Notes: generated by a model not told the origin, from the sequence alone. Shown: positions 1 to 11,529, numbered from the whole stretch's first letter. The stretch: 62,626 bases of DNA, filler included, from Chiloscyllium plagiosum (GCF_004010195.1; 5 parts of one record of this genome joined end to end with filler, not necessarily neighbours in it), one strand, 5' to 3'. Program-made: numbers and translations.

Positions 1-302
1 TCTCACTCACTCCCTCTCAATCTCTCTGTCCCTACCTCGCTCTATCTCTCTCACTGCCTCTGTCTCTCACTGTCTCTGTTTCTCACTCTCGCTGTCTCTC
101 ACTGTCATTCTGCCTCTCACTGTCTTTCTGTCTCTGACTGCCTCTGTCTCTCACTGTCTGTCTCTGTTTCATTGTCTCTGTCTCTCTCTCTCACTGTGTC
201 TCCATCTCTCACTGTCTCTGTTTCATTGTCTCTCTGTCTCTCACTGTCTCACTCTCCCTATCTGTCATGCTCTCTCTCGCTCTCTCTCTGTAACACTCTC
301 TC
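1..302. repeat. Degenerate TC/CTGT-rich microsatellite (CTGTCTCTCA-like units) at the 3' end of an intron
   Basis: Almost pure pyrimidine/TC repeat running up to the AG acceptor at 305-306. Confidence 0.9.
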
Positions 303-306
303 ATAG

Positions 307-365
307 GCATCGTCGGACCACCAGGTCCCCCTGGTCCCCCTGGCTCTGCAGCCTCAGCTTCAGGG
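307..365 (+). CDS. COL18A1: Collagen XVIII-like (multiplexin) exon: last Gly-X-Y segment
   Basis: ag|GC ATC GTC GGA...TCA GGG|gtaag, 59 bp. Encodes IVGPPGPPGPPGSAASASG, matching the GPPGPPGPPG-x-ASSG end of the collagen XVIII collagenous region. Ends in phase 0, in frame with the next exon. Confidence 0.9.
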
Positions 366-515
366 GTAAGTGTGGGATCTTCAATCAGTCACAGTGCTGA
401 GGAGGGAATAGGGACTAGAGTCAATCTATTCACTCCCAGAGCATGGTCACATGTGTTCAGTTGGTTCAGAACCAGAAATGGGGGCCAGAAGGTGGGCCTG
501 GGAATGGGCAGGCTG

Positions 516-739
516 TGAAATAACTCCACAGAGGCCGGTCTCCCGTCACCAAGTCACCCTTCATTTACATACGGAGAGTCTTTGAGACTGACCCAGTTCC
601 CTCAGAGCCAGTTCTCAGAGTGAACAGACCCTGTGACACCCTGGTCATATCTGTCAGTCAGGGCTCCCCGATTGGACCAGATTAGCAGCCCCACTCAGTC
701 TATGAGGTTGAACTGAGTTGATATGCTCTAATCACTATA
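516..739 (-). mobile_element. Solo LTR (probably Gypsy-type)
   Basis: The minus strand reads TA(TG-like)TAGTGATT...CCAAT...GATAT...AAATGAAGGG...TTATTTCA. Flanked by GGCTG (511-515) and GGCTT (740-744), a near-perfect 5-bp TSD. Confidence 0.65.
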
Positions 740-1100
740 GGCTTGGGTGATGGAGGGGGGGCAGTGGTGGGGGGAAGGCTGATGATGGCGGGGGTGGCAG
801 GGGAGGTGGGAGGGGGGGGGCAGCTGCTGAGTGGGACAGGGTTGGAAACACAGGTAAAGCTCACCATGGAAGGAGTGTTACACCCATTGGCTGACAGGTA
901 CCGTGGAGAGGTCAGTGGGTCAGATTGCTTTGTACATCTGGCTGAAGACACTGAGCCCTGGCGACCTGGCATTCATCCCAAGTGTAATAACCCTTGGAGT
1001 CACCGTGTACTTTATCGCCATCGAAACGTCAAGCTGCAATCTTTGATTTATGTCATGGTGTCTGTGGCATTCAATAGAAAGGCCTTTCTATGTCCCTCAG

Positions 1101-1229
1101 GTTACAGTGCTGCAGACCTATCAGACAATGCTGAGTATCTCTCGCAGCTTGCATGAGGGAACATTGGCTTATGTCATGGAGCGTGGAGACTTGTATATCC
1201 GAGTCCGCGATGGCTGGCGTCAGGTTTAT
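1101..1229 (+). CDS. COL18A1: Collagen XVIII-like exon: NC1 trimerization domain
   Basis: ccctcag|GTT...TAT|gtaagt, 129 bp, phase 0/0. Encodes VTVLQTYQTMLSISRSLHEGTLAYVMERGDLYIRVRDGWRQVY, which carries the EG-x-L...LY(I/V)RV-x-G(W/F) multiplexin trimerization signature. Confidence 0.95.
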
Positions 1230-1284
1230 GTAAGTGTGCCTTTAGCATTCTCTGACTTTCTCTCTTCCCATGTTAGCACTGCAC

Positions 1285-1792
1285 AAGAGTCAGGCAGTGA
1301 CCATCCCCAACAGGAGATTATTGTCATCACTGAATCTCCCGCTGCTATCATCCTGGGGCGGGGGGCTACCATTCACTAGAAACTCAACTGGACTCATCAC
1401 ATAAACACAGTGGCTACAAGAGCAGTTCAGAGACTAGGAACACTATGATGGGAAACTCACCTCCTGACTCCCCAAAGCCTCTCCATCACCTACAAGGCAC
1501 AAGTCAGGAGTGTGATGGAATACTCCCCACTTGCCTGGATGGGTGCATCCCCAACACACTCAGGAAGCTTGACACCATCCAGGACAAAGCAGCCCGCTTG
1601 ACTGGCACTACATTAGCATTCATTTAAACATTCACTCCTAGCACTGTTGATTCAGAGTGGCAGCAATGTGTACTATCTACATGATATACTGCAGCAACTC
1701 ACCAAGGCATCTTCCAAACCCACCACACTCAACGAGAAGGAAAGGGCAACAGATACATGGGAAGACCACCACTTGCAAGCTCCCCTCCAAGT
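1285..1792 (+). mobile_element. Decayed L2/CR1-clade LINE 3' part (continues at about 3079-3210 after a CR1 insertion)
   Basis: Encodes YKAQVRSVMEYSPLAWM and LDTIQDKAARL remnants. The matching 3' tail resumes after 3078. Confidence 0.7.
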
Positions 1793-3076
1793 TCCCCAGG
1801 ACCTGATCAGGTGTACCCAGAGCTCTGTGGGAAGCTAGGAAAGTGATTGCTGGGCCTCTTGCTGAGATATTTGTATCATCGGTAGTCACAGGTGAGGTGC
1901 CAGAAGACTGGAGATTGGCCAACCTGGTGCCATTATTTAAGAAAGATGGTAAGGACAAGCCAGGGAACTATAGACAGTGAGCCTGACATCGGTGGTGGGC
2001 AAGTTGTTGGAGGGAATCCTGAGGGACAGGATGTACATGTATTTGGAAAGGCAAGGACTGATTCAGGATAGTCAACATGGCTTTGTGCATGGGAAACCAT
2101 GTCTCACAAACTTGATTGAGTTTTTTGAAGAAGTAACAAAGAAGACTGATGAGGTCAGAGCAGTACATGTGATCTATATGGACTTCAGTAAGGCGTTCGA
2201 CAAGGTTCCCCACGGGAGACTGATTGGCAAGGTTAGATCTCACGGAATACAGGGAGAACTAGCCACTTGGATACAGAACTGGCTCAAAGGTAGAAGACAG
2301 AGGGTGGTGGAGGGTTGTTTTTCAGACTGGAGGTCTGTGACCAGTGGAGTGCCACAAGGATCGGTGCTCTACTTTTTGTCATTTACATAAATGATTTAGA
2401 TGTGAGTATAAGAGGTACAGTTAGTAAGTTTGCAGATGACACCAAAATTGAAGGTGTAGTGGACAGCGAAGAGGGTTACCTCAGATAACAACGAGATCTT
2501 CATCAGATAGGCCGATGGGCTGAGAAATGGCAGATGAAGTTTAATTCATATAAATGCGAGGTGCTGCATTTTGGGAAACCAAATCTTAGCAGGACTTATA
2601 CACTTATTGGTAAGGTCCTGGGGAGTGTTGCTAAACAAAGAGACCAGGGAGAGGCTGAACAGGCTGGGGCTGTTTTCCCTGGAGCGTCGGAAGCTGAGGG
2701 TTGATCTTATACAAGTTTATAAAATCATGAGGGGCATGGATAGGATAAATAGACAAAGTCTTTTCCCTGGGGTGGGGGAGTCTAGAACTAGAGGGCATAG
2801 GTTTAGGGTGAGAGGGGAAAGATATAAAAGAGACCTAAGGGGCAACTTTTCACACAGAGGATGGTACGTGTATAGAATGAGCTGCCAGAGGATGTGGTGG
2901 AGGCTGGTACATTTGCAACATTTAAGAGGCATTTGGATGGGTATATGAATAGGAAGGGTTTGGAGGGATATGGGCCAGGTGCTGGCAGGTGGGATAGATT
3001 GGGTTGGGATATCTGGTCGGCATGGACAGGTTGGACCGAAGGGTCTGTTTCCGTGCTGTGCATCTCTATGACTCTA
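1793..3076 (+). mobile_element. 5'-truncated CR1 LINE (RT region and 3' UTR)
   Basis: RT motifs SLTSVVGK, QHGF, YMDFSKAFDKVPH, GVPQGSVL and FADD, with frameshifts and an internal deletion. Ends in a ctctatgactcta tail. Confidence 0.95.
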
Positions 3077-3395
3077 AGCTCGTCACCATCCTGACTTGGA
3101 AATATATGGCTGTCGCTTCATCGTTGCGGGGTCAAAATCCTGGAATTCCCTTCCTAACGGCATTGTGGACTGGTGCAGCTCAGCATCAGTTGAGCACAGG
3201 CAATAAATCTCCCTCTGTCCACGAAATAGTTTTCTCGAGAGTCTGGTCGGGAGGGGGGAGGGGTGGTTTCTTTATAACATTTTCACTGTCTTTTGGCTTC
3301 AGATTGTCCGATGGTGATGTGACATGAGTCAGTATTGCTTTCATTCCTGTTCTCTGTTCATGGTACATTGTGATGTGCTTTGTTTGTAATTACAG

Positions 3396-3434
3396 CTTGG
3401 GGAATACATTCCATACCATGGTACTGGAATAAAT
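3396..3434 (+). CDS. COL18A1: Collagen XVIII-like mini-exon (end of trimerization domain, start of hinge)
   Basis: ttacag|CTT GGG GAA TAC ATT CCA TAC CAT GGT ACT GGA ATA AAT|gtgagt, 39 bp, phase 0/0. LGEYIP resembles the LGE-x-IP motif that follows the trimerization exon in multiplexins. Confidence 0.85.
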
Positions 3435-4186
3435 GTGAGTACAGCTTATCTCCTGGATTTCTCTGTGTATTTGTCACTGTACTATTTCCAGAAGTAACTT
3501 CTATTAATAGAAGCCATGATTTGTGGTTTTCCATACATTATTCATTCTCAGAGGTAAAAGAAAATATTGCCTTTAGTTGAGGGATAAATATCAGTCAGGG
3601 CCCTTCAAAATACTGGGGTGCGGGATCTGTTCTATCTAGCTGGAATGGGATCTTTGTTTTTGACACAGGGCCTAGTCCTTCATTTGTCTTAACTTGGTCT
3701 CTTTTTGTTAATATATAATTTGTGTAATTAAATGGCCCTGTTTTCGTGGCAACTTGTACATGTTTTACCGTATTTTCACAAATACAAGTAATAATAAGTT
3801 TCCATCTGTAGTCTGATGTTTCGCCTGAGAGGTGGCATCTCTGACAGTGCAGCCCTCCTGCAGTACTGTCCTGCAGTGTTGGCCAGGATGTTCGTGCTCG
3901 GGTATAAACAGATGGATGATAATGGATCAGTGTAGGTTAGATGGCCTTCAGATTGGTTTTACAGGTCGGCACAACGTTGAGGGCCGAAAGGCCTGTGCTG
4001 CGGTCCAACTGATGGTGGCGAGGGATTTGAAACCTTTATCCTCCTGAGGGAAAGGGAGGATTGCTATCCACCTGTGCTACGCCTGGAAGTATTTCCCAGG
4101 GCTTGCAGGGTCAAAGCCAGGTAGCACCAAGAGCCGTGTCCCGATTTATTTCTTTATCTTCCCCTAATGTGTTGCTCTGTTGCCAG

Positions 4187-4528
4187 GGAAACAACGTGGA
4201 AGCGGTGGGATCTCCGCCCGTGGTGCAGTACTCGACAGACAGCGAATCCGCGCAGACCGTGGAGGGGGCAGCTCCAGACAGCGGGGCTCCTGAGCCTCGC
4301 ACGGAGAGTCCGTGGGGCCCCGAGCACCGTTGGCCCGTGCACCATCGTCCGGAGACGCCGCAACTCAACCACCCGCGCCACCAACAACCCCAGTCGGTCC
4401 CAAGATGGCTGACCACCTCTGCTCCACCCCGCTCGGCAGCTCCTCCAAGGCACAGCCACCACGGACTCTCCCATCGACCCCATGTGCCCCCCTCTGGCCA
4501 CGCTGAGAGCCTCCACGGAGTACCAATG
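4187..4528 (+). CDS. COL18A1: Collagen XVIII-like exon: Pro/His-rich hinge up to the start of endostatin
   Basis: tgccag|GGA AAC AAC GTG...CCA ATG|gtaact, 342 bp, phase 0/0. NNVEAVGSPPVVQ matches DNEVAALQPPVVQ of collagen XVIII. Confidence 0.9.
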
Positions 4529-4629
4529 GTAACTGGGTCCCTTCAGCAGTTCCCCTGGCGAGCAGGAATGACCCGTATTGGCACTGGATGCCATTAAAGA
4601 CCCTGCCAGTGTAAAGCTGGCCAGTGCCA

Positions 4630-4920
4630 ATGTTTTTTCTCATATGGAAAGATTGCTCCTCAGGTCCCTTTTAAATCTTGCCCCTCTCAGCCTAAACCTA
4701 TGGTCCCTAGCTCCAGACACTCCCACCCTAGGGAAAAGACTTTGGCTATTCACCCTATCCATGCCCCTCATGATTTTATAAACCTCTATAAGGTCACCCC
4801 TCAGCCTCCAACGTTCCCGGGAGAGAAGTCCCAGCCTGTCCAGTCTCTCCTTAAAGTTCAAACCCTCCTGTCTCTGTAATGTCCTTGTAAATCTGGTTTA
4901 ATAACATCCTTCCAATAGCA
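4630..4920 (-). mobile_element. CR1 LINE fragment
   Basis: The minus strand encodes ERLDRLGLLS-ERWRLRGDLIEVYKIMRG, the CR1 ORF2 C-terminus. Confidence 0.85.
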
Positions 4921-5112
4921 TTGAGGGACAAAGCTGTAATGCAGCTGAAATGTCCAAGTTGGTAAGGAAAGAGCTTTCATTTGTATAGTGCCTATACCAT
5001 CTCAGAACAATGCCCAAAACAGCTTCCCAGTCAGTGAGGTGGTGTCACCATTTATGAAGGAGAGGTGCAGCACAGCAACCATGCATTAGCGATGATGACT
5101 GAATAATCTTAG

Positions 5113-5258
5113 TAAAAACAAGGACTGCAGATGCTGGAAACCAGAGTCTAGCTTAGAGTGGTGCTGGAAAAGCACAGCAGATCAGGTAGGATCTGAGGAG
5201 CAGGAAAATCTCCTCGTATGCTGCCTGACTTGCTGTGCTTTTCCAGCACCACTCTAAT
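5113..5258. mobile_element. Short palindromic Penelope-terminus-derived element
   Basis: Begins ctgcagatgctgga. Inverted arms ttagagtggtgctggaaaagcacagca / tgctgtgcttttccagcaccactctaa. Same family as 12374-12553. Confidence 0.7.
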
Positions 5259-5569
5259 CCTGACTGAATAATCTGTCATTCGGTGATGTTGGGGGGAATT
5301 TCATTATTGTTCATTCATGGGATATGGGTGTCGCCGGCTAGGGGTGAAATGAAGAAGGAGGGGAGATGGGGATGGAGTGATCTTAACTCCTTCCCGGGAG
5401 GTGGGTGTCACTGGCTGGGCCACCATTTTGTTGCCCGTCCCTAGTTGCCCTTGAGAAGGTAATGGTGAGCTGCTGTCTTCAAACTGCTGCAGATAAATGC
5501 TGTTAAGAAGGGAATGCCAGGATTTTGACCCAGTGACATTGAAGGAAAGGTGATACATTTCCAAGCATT

Positions 5570-6308
5570 GAGCCCAACCTTCCCGCAGCCGGTCATTTTA
5601 ACACGGCATCCTGCTCCCATGCCCACACGTCTGTCTTTGGCATGCTGCAATGTTCCAGTGAATCCCAGTACAAACTGGAGGAACAACATCTCATCCTCAG
5701 GCTGGGCACTTTACAGTCTGCTGGGCTCAATATTGAGTTCAACACCTTCAGGTTGTGAACATTTCTTCCCTCTGCTTTAGCCTGTCATCATGTCCTCTCT
5801 TCCCTCCCCCTATTCCAGCGAGAAGGTCTGTCCTTTCAGGTTAGAGACCAAAGAACTGCAGATGCTGGAATCCAAAGTAGACAGGCAGGAGGCTGGAAGA
5901 ACACAGCAAGCCAAGCAGCATCAGGAGGTGGAGATGTCGACGCTTCGGGTGTGACCCCTCTTCAGGACTCAACGAAGGGTTGTACCCAGAAAGCTGACTT
6001 CTCCACCTCCTGATGCTGCCTGACATGCAGTGTTCTTCCAGCCTCCTGCTTGTCCTTTCCAGTGTGGCTGGAGACCCACCATTGCTCTGCCGTTCTCACA
6101 TTCCAGTCACTTAATCTGAACTATCAAAATTGTATCTCCATCAGCACCCTCCAGCCACTACCAACCCCTGCCCCTAACTATCGCATCAATGCTGTCCCCT
6201 CCGCACTTCACTTCAGCTCAGATGGAGAGTCATCCAGACTCGAACCGTTAGCTTACTCTCTCTCCACGGATGCTGCCTGACCCGCTGTGATCTCCAGCAT
6301 TTGTTGTG
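5570..6308 (+). mobile_element. Penelope-like element 3' fragment with a nested palindromic element (about 5846-6054)
   Basis: KLEEQHLILRLGTLQSAGLNIEFN is a Penelope ORF C-terminus. A decayed hammerhead-like terminus lies at about 6215-6255. The nested element has inverted arms at about 5880-5934 and 6000-6054. Confidence 0.75.
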
Positions 6309-6908
6309 GCGAGGGGACCTTTTCTGTGTTGGTATCTGCTGCCCTATTCTTCCAGACGGAAGCTGTCTAAGAGACCTTGGTGAATTTCTGCTGTGCATCT
6401 TGCGGATGCTGCATGCCACCACCCCTGAGTGTCGGTGGTAAAGGGAGTGGATGTTGAAGGAGATCGGCCTGTGAGCTGATTGGATGACAGAGCAGGTTCG
6501 AGGAGGCTAAATGGTCTGCTCCTGTCCCCGGGTTGTGTATTTGTATGTCGGAGCTGCCCTGGCCCAGGCGAACGGAGAGTATTCCAGACACCATGTTGAC
6601 TTGTGCTTTGTCAATGGGCCCCAGGCTTTGGGGAGTCAGGAGGTGAGTTACTCACTCACTGCAGCCGCGATAGTTAGGGCAGCTCCAATCCAGTAACAGT
6701 GCAATTGACTCTTAAATGCATTGGGAAGTCACCTTGGAGTGGGGGTGGGGGGTCACTCAGTTAAAGCAGGGGGCCCACAGCTGGCTCTTCCCAGGCAGCT
6801 CGGAATGGGAGGTCAGTGTGGGCCTCACTGACAGCCCACTAAGGTATAGTGAACGGAAATGCTGGGAGGATTGGCTCTCACACTGACACACTGTGCTTCT
6901 CCCTACAG

Positions 6909-7106
6909 CTTCACCTCATGGCTCTCAACACCCCTCTCACTGGCAACATGCAGGGGATCCGGGGGGTCGACTTCCAATGTTTCCAGCAGGCCCGGGGGGT
7001 GGGGCTGATGGGGACGTTCAGAGGCTTCCTCTCATCTAAGCTCCAGGACCTGTACAGCGTGGTGCGGCGGGCTGACAGACACTCGGTGCCCATCGTAAAC
7101 AGTAAG
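6909..7106 (+). CDS. COL18A1: Collagen XVIII-like exon: endostatin domain part 1
   Basis: ccctacag|CTT CAC CTC ATG...AGT AAG|gtaagg, 198 bp. Encodes [66 protein letters not shown]. Confidence 0.97.
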
Positions 7107-7498
7107 GTAAGGCCTTCCTACGGATGGTTCACCCATACACTGGGGCCAGAGGGACCCTCCAGGCAGTGCAGCACTGGGCACTAGAGAGGGAAGGTCAGCA
7201 GGCACTGGAGCATTATATACCAAAGCGCAGTGTCTGACACAGAGTCACGTAAGGGCAGACTAACTCAGGTGGCCATTGGCTTGGCCGAAGAGGTGGGTTT
7301 GAAGGCATCCTGAAGGAGCGTGGTGAAGCAGAGACACAGAGAGAGGTGTAGGGAGTGAACTCTAGAGATTGGCTAGGGGGAGCTGAAGACACCCATCAAT
7401 GGTCTCAGAATCACACAGATGTCACAGGATGGAAAGAGGCCATTCTTTCCATTCTGTCTGCACCAGTTCGGCATATGAGCATTTTACAGCTCCATTCT

Positions 7499-7713
7499 TT
7501 TCTCCCTCTCTCTGTCTCTCTCTCTCTCTGTCTCTCTCCCCCTCTCTCTCCCTCTCGCTCTCTCTGTCTCGCTCTCGCTGTCTCTCTCTCTCTGTCTCTC
7601 TCTGCCTCTCTCTTTTTCTCTCTCTCTGTCTCTGTCTCTCTCTCTGTCTCTCTCTCTCTGTCTCTGTCTCTCTCTCTGTCTCTCCGCCTCTCTCTCTTTC
7701 TCTGTCTCTCTCT
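7499..7713. repeat. (TC)n / (TCTG) microsatellite
   Basis: Direct inspection. Confidence 0.95.
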
Positions 7714-7744
7714 GACTCCCTTTCGAATGGTTCAACTTACTTCC

Positions 7745-8108
7745 AACGTAATGCATGGATTGGAAAGGGTGGACACTGGGAAATTGTATCCGTTAGGCGG
7801 GGATGCTAGGACTCATACGCACAGCCTTAGTATTAGACAGGGTCAATTTAGAACTGAAATGCGGAGACATTTCTTCAACCAATCAGTGGTGGGCCTGTGG
7901 AATTCATTGCCACGGAGTGCAGTGGAGGCCAGGACGTTAAATATCTTCAAGGCAGATAAATTCTTAATCTCGCAAGGAATTAAGGGCCACAGGGAGAGTG
8001 CGGGTAAGTGGCATTGAAATGCCCATTAGCCATGATTAAATGGCAGAGTGGAGTCGATGGGCCGAATGGCCTTCCTTCCACTTCTATTTCTGATGATCTT
8101 ATGGTCTA
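7745..8108 (+). mobile_element. CR1 LINE 3' end
   Basis: Encodes FRTEMRRHFFNQSVVGLWNSLP, followed by the 3' UTR and a tatggtct tail. Confidence 0.85.
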
Positions 8109-8864
8109 ACTGAGCCTACCCTCCCCACATTCTAAAGGCAGGGCACTCCATACTGTCAGCACTCACCGGTTTGGAGAGCTTCCTCTCAGATCACCTTTCC
8201 TTCTTTTGCCAGTTACTTTAAAACCTGTCAGCCCCTCGCCTCAAGATCCTTTCGTGAATGGCGAAGTGGGCAGGAATATCCGAGTTGTCTGAGTGAGAGG
8301 AACACGGATACTCCGGGGAGAAGCTGGGGTTGGAGGAGCTGACACAGATAGGGACGGGGCGAGAGGGCCAAGGAGGAATGTGAAAATGCGGATGAGAGTT
8401 TTAAAAAAAAAAGGTCAAGCGGGTGCTTAACCAGGAGCCAACGTGGATCAGCAGGCACTGGGGATTCAGGGAGTGGGATCTGCTGCAAGTGAAGACCCAG
8501 GTCACAGGTTTTTGGATGAGCTCGAGTTGACAAAAGGGCAGGACAGCAGCCAAGAGCTGAGTTGGAAAAGTCCAGACAAGAAGTGACAAAAAAAAAGAGA
8601 TGAGAGTTTGCTCAGCAGATGAGCTAAGGTGAGGGTGATGGTGTTACCAAGGAGCAGCCAGTCAGGAGCTAACCTTCTGGTACTAGTGGCTTCTTCTGTG
8701 TCTATTGTCAGTGAGTGTTGACAGTCCAGAGTGCCCTGCCTTTAAACTGTGGTGAGGGCAGCTTCAACTGAACCATTCAAAAGGGAGTCTGATTTGAAAA
8801 GAAAGAAGGTGCAGGATGTGCTTAAAGTCTAGAGCACAGCTCGAACGTTTCCAAAGCTGCTGCA

Positions 8865-9410
8865 CTACAACATAGAATTATTTTTGTTCCACCTTGAGTA
8901 CAGTCGCAGGCACCACGTCAGAGGAAAGGATGTGAACGTATCAGACAGAGTGCAGAAGTGATTTCCGAGCATGGTTCCAGGAATGAGCAACTTTCGTTTA
9001 TCAAGGATAGATTGAAGAAACTGGGACTGTTCTCCACGAAGGGGAAAGGGCTGAGAGGAGCTCTGACAGGTTTTCAAAATAATGAGGGAGTGTTGCTGGG
9101 TAGAGTCGATAAGGAGAAACTGTTTCTGCTCGTAAGAAGAGCAAGAGGGGGGGGTTTTGAGTGTGATTTGTAAATGAGTTAAAAGAAACCATTTTCACAC
9201 GGTGGGTAGTTTAGGGTCTGGAAAGTACTGCCTGGAAATGTGTCAGAGGCAGGTTGAATTGGCAAAGTCACAAGAGCGTTGGATGAGTATAATGTGCAAG
9301 GGTATGGATGAGAAAGCAGGAGATTGGCACAAGGTAGTGATGCTTGTTTGAAGAGCTGTTGGAGGAACGATGGGTGGAATGGTCCTCTACAGTGCCATAA
9401 TACTGCTCCC
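8865..9410 (+). mobile_element. Decayed CR1 LINE 3' part
   Basis: LEY..., DRLKKLGLFS and gtctggaaagtactgcctg remnants plus the 3' UTR. Confidence 0.7.
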
Positions 9411-10045
9411 TGGACATACCTGCGCTGGTTGGTGCTTTTGAATGAACCTCCAACTAAATTAACCTTCAACAGCATTTGTATAGCACCTTTTAATGTAACA
9501 CCTTACCCTCACAAGTACATTGTCCAACCCAAGTCGACATCAAACACCATGAGGAGTTCTGAGCGGGAGGTGACCTACTGCCTGGTCAAAGAGCTGGGTC
9601 TTCAGGGAGAGATGATGGGTCGGGAGCTCTGAGGAGGTCATGGTAGAGCTTGGCCGAGGGTAGTAGACTCTAAGGCTGCCAGCGACAGGATGATGACATC
9701 CATCAGTGTGTAAGCAGCCCAGATTGGAGAAACACAGGGGTTTTGAAGAAGTCTGGGGCTGGCGGAGATTGCAGAGATGGCGGGTCAAGACCGTTGAGGG
9801 GTTTGAAAGCGAGGATGTGAATTTTAAAATCATATTACTTGGAATCTCTGTGTGCCAATCCCCAAGTGAGATGAAGTGATAATCCATCTTGTTGTATTGT
9901 CCCTGGGGATCGAGAATGCCTCACGTGCACTCACGTTGTTCGATGGCTTCTGAAAAAGTGAACAAGTTTGATGTGAGGCCTACACCTGCAGAATCCAAGC
10001 TGCAGTTTGGAGGCTTGACTCACGCAGGTGTTGGAGGTTTGGCTG

Positions 10046-10233
10046 ACTGAGGTGTTTGGGGTGTTGGGTAACTGAGGTGTTTAGGGTGTTGGGTAACTGA
10101 GGTGTTTGGGGTGTTGGGTAACTGAGGTGTTTGGGATGTTGGGTAACTGAGGTGTTTGGGGTGTTGGGTAACCGAGGTGTTTGGGGTGTTGGGTAACCGA
10201 GGTGTTTGGGGTGTTGGGTAACTGAGGTGTTTG
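10046..10233. repeat. Minisatellite, 25-bp unit GGTGTTTGGGGTGTTGGGTAACTGA, about 7.5 copies
   Basis: Units start at 10051, 10076, 10101, 10126, 10151, 10176, 10201 and 10226. Confidence 0.95.
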
Positions 10234-10377
10234 AAGGGCTGATGTGCTCCATCCACTGCCTCGATTCTAACTCTTCCCATTCCTGAGTTCTCAATATTTT
10301 CTTCACATTGCCTCCCCGAATGAACTTCCTCCACTTCCAGTCGCTTACAGGTGAGAGATTCTAACGAGTTGCTGGGG

Positions 10378-10721
10378 ATGATTTGTGTACAAGATGATTA
10401 GGGGGTTAGATAGGGTCGACAGTATGAACCTTTTCCCGCGTATTGAGTCGGGTATTACAAGGGGGCATAGCTTTAAATTAAGGGGGGGTAGATATAGGAC
10501 TGATGTTAGGGGTAGGTTCTTCACTCAGCGAGTTGTTAGTTCATGGAATGCCCTGCCAGTAACAGTGGTGGACTCTCCCTCTTTATGGGCATTTAAGAGG
10601 GCATTGGATAGGTATATGGAGGATAGTGGGTTAGTGTAGTTTAGGTGGGCTTGGATCGGCGCAACATCGAGGGCCCAAGGGCCTGTACTGCGCTGTATTC
10701 TTCTATGTTCTATGTTCTATG
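10378..10721 (+). mobile_element. Young CR1 LINE 3' end
   Basis: Open MYKMIRGLDRVD...WNALP frame and a (TTCTATG)3 tail. Closely similar to the copies at 31874-32205 and 57225-57503. Confidence 0.9.
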
Positions 10722-10984
10722 ATTGAGCTCTTCAGGAATACTCTAAGCATGTCCCGAAAGTGTTTCCCACTGTCACCCCGGCAGTGTCCTGCTCCTGCTG
10801 AGTTCTGCCATTTCCGGAGAGTCTAGGTGATTACTATCTTGAAGCTAGATGTGTTAGCCTGGGAGACAGTGGTGTTGTTAGAACACTGTCCATCACCCAA
10901 CATGGAGGGTTTACCGCTCACTGCTGGTACTTCTCCAGGGCTTTGATGACCGTAACATAGAAGTTTGGAAGCAGGAGATTAAGC

Positions 10985-11275
10985 CCAACGACCTTCCAAA
11001 GAGCATCCCACCCAGATCCATCACTGTAACCATGCATTCCCCATGGCTAATCCATCGACCCTGCACATTCTTGGACACTAGGTGCAATTTAGCGTGGCCA
11101 ATCCACCCTGACCTGCACATCTTTAGATTGTGAGAGGAAACCAGAGCACCTGGAGGAAACCCACGCAGACACGGGGAGAATGTGCAAGCTCCACACAGAC
11201 AGTCACCGAGGCTGGATTCAAACCCGGGTCCCTAGCGCTGTGAGGCAGCAGTACTAACCACTGAGCCACCGTGCC
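10985..11275 (-). mobile_element. HE1-type tRNA-derived V-SINE
   Basis: The minus strand reads GGCACGGTGGCTCAGTGGTTAG (A box)...GGTTTGAATCC (B box), then the V-domain TGTGTGGAGCTTGCACATTCTCCCCGTG. Confidence 0.9.
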
Positions 11276-11529
11276 AATGTAGGACCAGAATTAGGCCATT
11301 TGGCCCATTCAGTCTGCTCCGCCATTCGCTCATGGCTGATATGAATGAATGCAGTGATCATTGATCGCTGGGAACCCATGAACTCTCAGGGAGTGGCAGG
11401 GTTGGGTGTGTTGTGACTTAAAGCACCGCCCCACTGAGCAATTCAACATCTCCGGCACGCTCACTGTTAATGTTAGGAGATACGAGGCAGGAACGAATGT
11501 GTGTTGAAATCTCGCTCTTTGTCCTTTAG

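Noticed and set aside
7355..8017. 220-aa ORF rich in Ser/Leu
   Set aside because: It is a translation of a TC microsatellite fused to a CR1 fragment.
9980..10334. Repetitive PNT/TQHPKH ORFs
   Set aside because: These are translations of the 25-bp minisatellite.
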